Source: Euryarchaeota archaeon RBG_16_67_27
Lineage (GTDB): Archaea; Thermoplasmatota; Thermoplasmata; RBG-16-68-12
DNA length: 64,000 nucleotides
Assembly: GCA_001800745.1 (NCBI GenBank)
Contig: MGVZ01000029.1
Location: forward strand, 9,133-73,132
Direction of reading: 5' to 3'
The notes beneath the pieces are model-generated. The model was not told where the DNA came from. It saw only the letters and a list, made by a program, of their open reading frames with translations, and made no database searches. The position numbers and the translations under genes are program-made. Position 1 is the first letter of the stretch, and each line of letters starts with the position of its first letter. Below are positions 59,787-64,000 of the stretch, in pieces.

Positions 59787-60708
59787 GGTCCGTCGGCACC
59801 CGGTGCCGGCGCGCGAGCTCCCGCAGGAGGGCGTCGAGACCCTCTCCCTCGATCACGCCCTTCACGAGGGTTCCGTCTTCCGTCACGACGTCCCACTTCC
59901 CCGCGACACTCTCCGCTCGCCTCTTGATCCGGGTCCGGAGTTGCCATCCGTCCTTGTAGCCGCTCGTGCAGTAGTGGACCGTGATCCTCCAGGGCCGCCC
60001 GAGGAGGCGGAGGGCGGCCGCGTCGGCGCCCCGGACGCCGTACGACAGGTCGTGCTTGGTCGCGTAGCCGCGGACCTTCATCCGTGCGAAGTTCGCGTCG
60101 GAGAACTCCATCTCGTCCAGGTTCACGAACGCGAGCCCCTCGGCCTCCGCCCACTCGATCAGCCTCCGAAGGTCCTCCTCCCGCTCTGGGATCAGTGGGA
60201 CCTCGAGGCCCACGGTCATCCCCAGGGACTTCGCGAGGCGCGCGGTCGCCTCGAACCCCGTCCCCGCGACCCGGGACCAGAGGCCCGGGGGCACGTGCAG
60301 CCGGAGTTCGTCGAGGCCCGCGGTCGCGAGCCGGCGGATGCTCTCGGGGTCCGTGGACATCGTGTACAGGTGAGTGTGGAACTCCTCACCGAACTCCGAC
60401 TTCAGGAGGCGGATGTAGTGGCAAGTCCGGTCGAGCGCCTCGACGGGATCGCCACCCGTGATCCCCGCGCCTTTCGCGCGGATCGCCCGGGCCTCCTCGA
60501 GGACGTCCTCGTCTCGTTCGACCCTCTTCTCATCCGCGAACACGACGTCCCGGTACATCTTCTCGTCGGACACGGGGCAGTAGAAGCAATGGAACGAGCA
60601 GAGGCCCGTCACGAACAGGACCATCTTCGCCCCCTCCGTGCACTGCGCGCAGCCCACGGGGAGGCGTCCCTGGATCCGGGAGCCGTACGGGCGGTCCGCG
60701 GGCGTCAC
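59638..60708 (-). CDS. radical SAM protein (PflA-related, COG2108-like)
   Basis: GLCSFHCFYCPVSDE supplies the CxxxCxxC cluster. A glycine-rich SAM motif (AGITGGDP) follows. 356 aa. Confidence 0.78.
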   Translation of the reverse strand: MTPADRPYGSRIQGRLPVGCAQCTEGAKMVLFVTGLCSFHCFYCPVSDEKMYRDVVFADEKRVERDEDVLEEARAIRAKGAGITGGDPVEALDRTCHYIRLLKSEFGEEFHTHLYTMSTDPESIRRLATAGLDELRLHVPPGLWSRVAGTGFEATARLAKSLGMTVGLEVPLIPEREEDLRRLIEWAEAEGLAFVNLDEMEFSDANFARMKVRGYATKHDLSYGVRGADAAALRLLGRPWRITVHYCTSGYKDGWQLRTRIKRRAESVAGKWDVVTEDGTLVKGVIEGEGLDALLRELARRHRVPTDLMRLDGSRRRIEIAPWILEEIAPRLGRPSYVVEEYPTADGLEVERMRLP

Positions 60709-60783
60709 GGTCTCCGACGAAGCGGCCTCCCGCCATAAGGATTGCCCCGAGGGCGGGGTCGGGCGCCCGGGAGCGGCACCCGC

Positions 60784-61080
60784 CTACACGGGCCGCTTGC
60801 ACTTCGCGCACATGAGCCGGCACTCCCGCCTGCACTCCGTGCAGATTCCATGGAGGAAGCGCTCGCGCACGGGCGCGTGATGGCAGTCGCTCACGACGTT
60901 GACCATGTGCCCGCAATAGTCGCACAGGTGCTGGACGGGCTTCTTCCCGACGAGGTACCGTTGGTAGGCGAGGAGGATCACGAGGACGAGGACGAGCACG
61001 CCGACGATCGCGCCGACCATCCAGCACTGCAGGCCGCCCTCCCCGGCCTGGAACGGCTGCGCGGCGCCCGGAAACGCCAC
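60784..61080 (-). CDS. small membrane-anchored Cys/His-rich protein
   Basis: An N-terminal TM helix (MVGAIVGVLVLVLVILLAY) is followed by CDYCGH..SDCHH..HGICTECRRECRLMCAKCKRP. The minus-strand TATA (cttaatgt) lies about 30 bp upstream. Confidence 0.45.
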   Translation of the reverse strand: MAFPGAAQPFQAGEGGLQCWMVGAIVGVLVLVLVILLAYQRYLVGKKPVQHLCDYCGHMVNVVSDCHHAPVRERFLHGICTECRRECRLMCAKCKRPV

Positions 61081-61162
61081 GCGGCGGCAACGCTCGCGGC
61101 CCTACATTAAGGGTTCGGACGGCCGACCCGTCGTTCGGGGGGGGCCGAACGGTTCGGGGACG

Positions 61163-61170
61163 TTTATATC
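61163..61170 (+). promoter_or_regulatory. TATA box (tttatatc) about 33 bp upstream of the secreted repeat-protein gene
   Basis: AT-rich hexamer in the GC-rich spacer. It follows a G8 homopolymer. Confidence 0.45.
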
Positions 61171-61202
61171 GTCATAGGCCCCTGAGAGGTCTTCACGGGT
61201 GA

Positions 61203-62924
61203 TTGGCGATGATCCTCACGACGCGGGCGATCGCCCTCGTCTTGTCCCTGGCATTCGCATCGGGCGGAGCGGCTCTGAGCCTCGTTTCCCTGACGACGCC
61301 CGCGGACGGCGTCGGCTCCGACCGGGGCCTCGACACGAATGGAAACGGTGCGTTCGACTGGCTCGTCCTCGAGGCGAGCGTGGACCTTCCCACGACGGAC
61401 TACTGGAACGTCCAGGCGATGCTCTCCTCGACGAGCCCGCCCAAGGGCGGCGTCTGCGGCCAGGCCGTGCCCCCACCCGTCCCGATCCTGGAGACGGGGC
61501 TGCCGTACGGCTCGCTCCTTCCTCCGGAGTACCCGATCGCTTGGGCGGGCGAGCGGTACTTCTTCCTCGCGGGTGCGCAGACCGTCCGGATCGCGTTCCG
61601 GGGCACGGACATCTTCCGCGCGGGCATCGACGGGCCGTACCTCGTGCGTGCGACCCTCATCGGCGGCGATGGGATCGTGTACGGCCGCGCGGACGGCTTC
61701 GCCCCCGTCCCGTGGCCCGGCCCGCCTGTCATGACGTGGAACTACACGACCCAGGCGTACGCGGCCGCGGACTTCGAAGAGCCGTTCCGGCCCGCATACT
61801 TCACGGGAGCCCACGACGACCTCGGGATCCACGTCGACGAGGACGGGGCCTACGACCTGTTCGAGCTCCGAGCCGCCGTCCACGTGAACACCGCCGGGAT
61901 CTACTATCTCAACGGGATGCTCCTGCCGCGGGCCTCGGACCCCAACCGCTACGCGACGGTCGCGTACGGCTACCGGGATCTCACCCTCGAGGCCGGGGAG
62001 ACGAACGTGGCCCTGCGCTTCCGCGGGGACCAGATCCGCGCCGCCGGCGTCGACGGCCCTTGGGCCTTCTCCCTCGTCCTGACCGGGCCGAACATCTACA
62101 CGTGGGACGGCGGGAACATGACGCCGCAGCCCGCGTTGCCCGGCACGGCTCCGTACGCGGGCATCCTGCCGCCGACGTACCCGGAGGTCCTGTGCGGGGA
62201 GACGTCCGCGTACAGCGCCGTCGCGTTCGACGACACGATCGAGCTCGCCCGGTACACGGGCGTCTTCGCGGAGGCAACGGTCGACTGGGATGGGGATGGG
62301 CTCCATGACCTCCTCGTCGTCCGCGCGGAGGTCGATGTGTTCCTCGCGTCCGCGTTCGAGATCCGAGGGGCCCTTCGCGTCTCCGATCGGTCCATGGACA
62401 TCGCCACGAGCTGGGGCCAGGTCCAGTGGCCCGAAGGGACCGCGTGGGCGGAGTTCGCGTTCGCGGGCCCGGACATCCGCGCGAGCGGCGTCGAGGGTCC
62501 GTACGAGGCCTTCCTGTCGATCATCCCCCTCGTGTGGGGGATCGACCCCTCGACGACGTACGTGACCCGCGCGTACAAGGCGACGGACTTCGACGACCGT
62601 GCGGACGGGAACCGGAGCTACTGGATCGACTCGCTCTCCGCGAGCGTGGACCCCTCGCGAGTCCTCGGCGTCCGCGTCGTCGTCGTCCGGGGGAACGACA
62701 TGCTGACCGTCGTGTACGAGGACACGCTCACGATCGAGCTCAGCGACCCTGCGGGGGTGCTCGTCGGGAGTGTAGTGGACCGCGTCGTGCTCACGAGCGG
62801 CGGCTCCTCCTGGTCGATGTCCGCCACGTTTGGCGTCTTGGGCTCGGGCACGTACACGGTGACAGCGATTCTCGGACCGCCGTCCGCCCCCGTCGACGTG
62901 CGGTCGACGGTCGTCACGGTCTGA
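61203..62924 (+). CDS. secreted protein with signal peptide and three ~120-aa internal repeats
   Basis: Signal/TM segment MAMILTTRAIALVLSLAFASGGAA. Three repeated modules (..FDWLVLEASVDL..IAFRGTDIFRAGIDGPYLV..; ..YDLFELRAAVHV..LRFRGDQIRAAGVDGPWAF..; ..HDLLVVRAEVDV..FAFAGPDIRASGVEGPYEAF..). Confidence 0.7.
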   Translation: MAMILTTRAIALVLSLAFASGGAALSLVSLTTPADGVGSDRGLDTNGNGAFDWLVLEASVDLPTTDYWNVQAMLSSTSPPKGGVCGQAVPPPVPILETGLPYGSLLPPEYPIAWAGERYFFLAGAQTVRIAFRGTDIFRAGIDGPYLVRATLIGGDGIVYGRADGFAPVPWPGPPVMTWNYTTQAYAAADFEEPFRPAYFTGAHDDLGIHVDEDGAYDLFELRAAVHVNTAGIYYLNGMLLPRASDPNRYATVAYGYRDLTLEAGETNVALRFRGDQIRAAGVDGPWAFSLVLTGPNIYTWDGGNMTPQPALPGTAPYAGILPPTYPEVLCGETSAYSAVAFDDTIELARYTGVFAEATVDWDGDGLHDLLVVRAEVDVFLASAFEIRGALRVSDRSMDIATSWGQVQWPEGTAWAEFAFAGPDIRASGVEGPYEAFLSIIPLVWGIDPSTTYVTRAYKATDFDDRADGNRSYWIDSLSASVDPSRVLGVRVVVVRGNDMLTVVYEDTLTIELSDPAGVLVGSVVDRVVLTSGGSSWSMSATFGVLGSGTYTVTAILGPPSAPVDVRSTVVTV

Positions 62925-62968
62925 GCCGCGGGCGCAAGCCTAAACCGTCCGGGAACCGTGCGGAGACC

Positions 62969-63781
62969 GTGGCGGATTCCGATCCCCGGCAGGTCCTTGC
63001 CCAGCTCGGCGTTCGGGCGAGGAAGGGTCTCGGCCAGCACTTCCTCGTCGACACGCGGGTCGCGGAGCGTCAGCTCGCGTACGCCCGGCTCACACCGTCG
63101 GACGTCGTCCTCGAGATCGGCCCGGGTCTCGGCGTCCTAACGCGCCGGCTCGCGGAGCGCGCGAAGCGCGTCATCGCCATCGAGGCGGACCGGCGCCTCG
63201 CAGAGTACCTGCGCGGCGCGGTCCCGGACGCGGAGATCGTCCTCGCGGACGCCCTCCGGGTCGACTGGCCCGCGTTCGACGTGATGGTCTCGAACCTCCC
63301 CTACGGGATCTCCTCACCCGTGACGTTCAAGCTGCTCGATGAGCCGTTCGACCGAGCCGTCCTCATGTACCAGTGGGAGTTCGCGAAGCGGATGGTCGCG
63401 AAGCCGGGCACGTCGGACTACTCCCGTCTCAGTGTCGGCGTGTACCGTCGAGCCGCGTGCGACATCCTCGAGCGGGTGCCGCGGAACGCGTTCCGGCCTC
63501 AGCCCCGAGTGGACTCCGCCCTCGTCCGGCTGGCCCCTCGCCCATCTCCGTTCCCCGTGTCCGACCCGCGACTGTACGACGCGCTCGTCGACGCCCTGTT
63601 CGGGCACCGGCGGAAGACCGTGGAGAACGGCCTTCGGCTCTCCTGGCGGTCGTTCGCCCCTTCGGAGGCGGCCCTCGAGGCGCTCCTCCCGAGGCTCCCG
63701 TATCGAGGTCGCCGGGTCGAGGAGCTCCGGCCCGAGGACCTCTCCCTCCTTGCCGACGCGATTGCCGGGCCGAAAGGTTAA
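62969..63781 (+). CDS. ksgA: 16S rRNA (adenine1518/1519-N6)-dimethyltransferase KsgA/Dim1
   Basis: GTG start. GLGQHFLVD, SAM motif VLEIGPGLGVLT, NLPYGISSP. The 451-aa track ORF overlaps the upstream gene and is over-extended. Confidence 0.85.
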   Translation: MADSDPRQVLAQLGVRARKGLGQHFLVDTRVAERQLAYARLTPSDVVLEIGPGLGVLTRRLAERAKRVIAIEADRRLAEYLRGAVPDAEIVLADALRVDWPAFDVMVSNLPYGISSPVTFKLLDEPFDRAVLMYQWEFAKRMVAKPGTSDYSRLSVGVYRRAACDILERVPRNAFRPQPRVDSALVRLAPRPSPFPVSDPRLYDALVDALFGHRRKTVENGLRLSWRSFAPSEAALEALLPRLPYRGRRVEELRPEDLSLLADAIAGPKG

Positions 63782-63826
63782 TGTCGCGACCCCGATTGAC
63801 CGCACTCCACCTTCTCGGGGGGCCGC

Positions 63827-64000
63827 ATGGTCCGGAAGAAGAGCCTTTCTGAACTGGAGAAGGCGGAGATCAGGCTCGAGAGCCTCCTCGAGAAGCGGGA
63901 CGCCCTGAACCGGGAGGCCCATCTGCTCCGCCAGGAGCGGGACCTCGTCCACGAGAAGAAGCGAGAGCTCGGCGCGAGGTTCCGCGAGCTCAAGGACGCG
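63827..64000 (+). CDS. coiled-coil protein, N-terminal fragment (runs off window)
   Basis: MVRKKSLSELEKAEIRLESLLEKRDALNREAHLLRQERDLVHEKKRELGARFRELKDA has heptad-like charged repeats. Confidence 0.4.
   Translation, partial: MVRKKSLSELEKAEIRLESLLEKRDALNREAHLLRQERDLVHEKKRELGARFRELKDA

Noticed and set aside
62426-63781. 451-aa extended form of ksgA
   Set aside because: The N-terminal 180 codons overlap the 3' end of the upstream secreted-protein gene and lack Dim1 homology. The GTG at 62969 gives a normal-length KsgA.

Overview
This 64 kb window is high-GC (about 68-70% by eye), archaeal chromosomal DNA. It is almost entirely core 'information-processing' sequence, with two accessory-looking islands.

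Core genes, in order:
- gyrA (partial) and gyrB, then cysS.
- A cysteine module on the minus strand: cystathionine gamma-lyase/synthase, cystathionine beta-synthase and tRNA-Cys.
- An HD-domain dNTPase-like gene, ftsZ1, ftsZ2, secE and spt5(nusG).
- A ribosomal block: rpl11, rpl1, rpl10(P0), rpl12(P1).
- polD large subunit.
- EF-1beta with a small Zn-ribbon partner, tRNA-Lys, and the RNA polymerase operon rpoH-rpoB(unsplit)-rpoA'-rpoA''-rpl30e-nusA.
- ksgA.

Unsplit rpoB together with gyrase and two FtsZ genes is consistent with a Thermoplasmatota-like euryarchaeon. This is inference only.

Accessory content:
1. A minus-strand glycan-biosynthesis cluster: GT2, Wzx-like flippase, GT2 (frameshifted), GT4 and a GT-C membrane glycosyltransferase.
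2. An island carrying a KaiC-like ATPase, a wHTH regulator, a 1534-aa two-TM surface protein (cytoplasmic Zn-ribbons/TPR/NG-repeats; extracellular lamin-tail-like and DUF11-like sequon-rich domains), an A24 prepilin-peptidase homologue, a Ras-like small GTPase, an APC-permease::tandem-Usp fusion, MscS and a TupABC tungstate transporter.
3. A SNF2-family ATPase plus a Zn-ribbon protein sitting directly after nusA, where rps12-rps7-EF2 normally follow.

Other notable points:
- tRNA-Lys(UUU) appears to carry three introns (D-loop, canonical 37/38, T-loop).
- spt5 and rpoA'' carry unusual N-terminal extensions.
- Two genes are interrupted by single-base frameshifts, which may be assembly indels or pseudogenes.
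- No CRISPR arrays, rRNA genes or recognisable mobile elements were found.

Many long ORFs in the six-frame track are GC-driven antisense or out-of-frame artefacts and were rejected. The ORF track treats GTG and TTG as starts, and several genes here plausibly use them.
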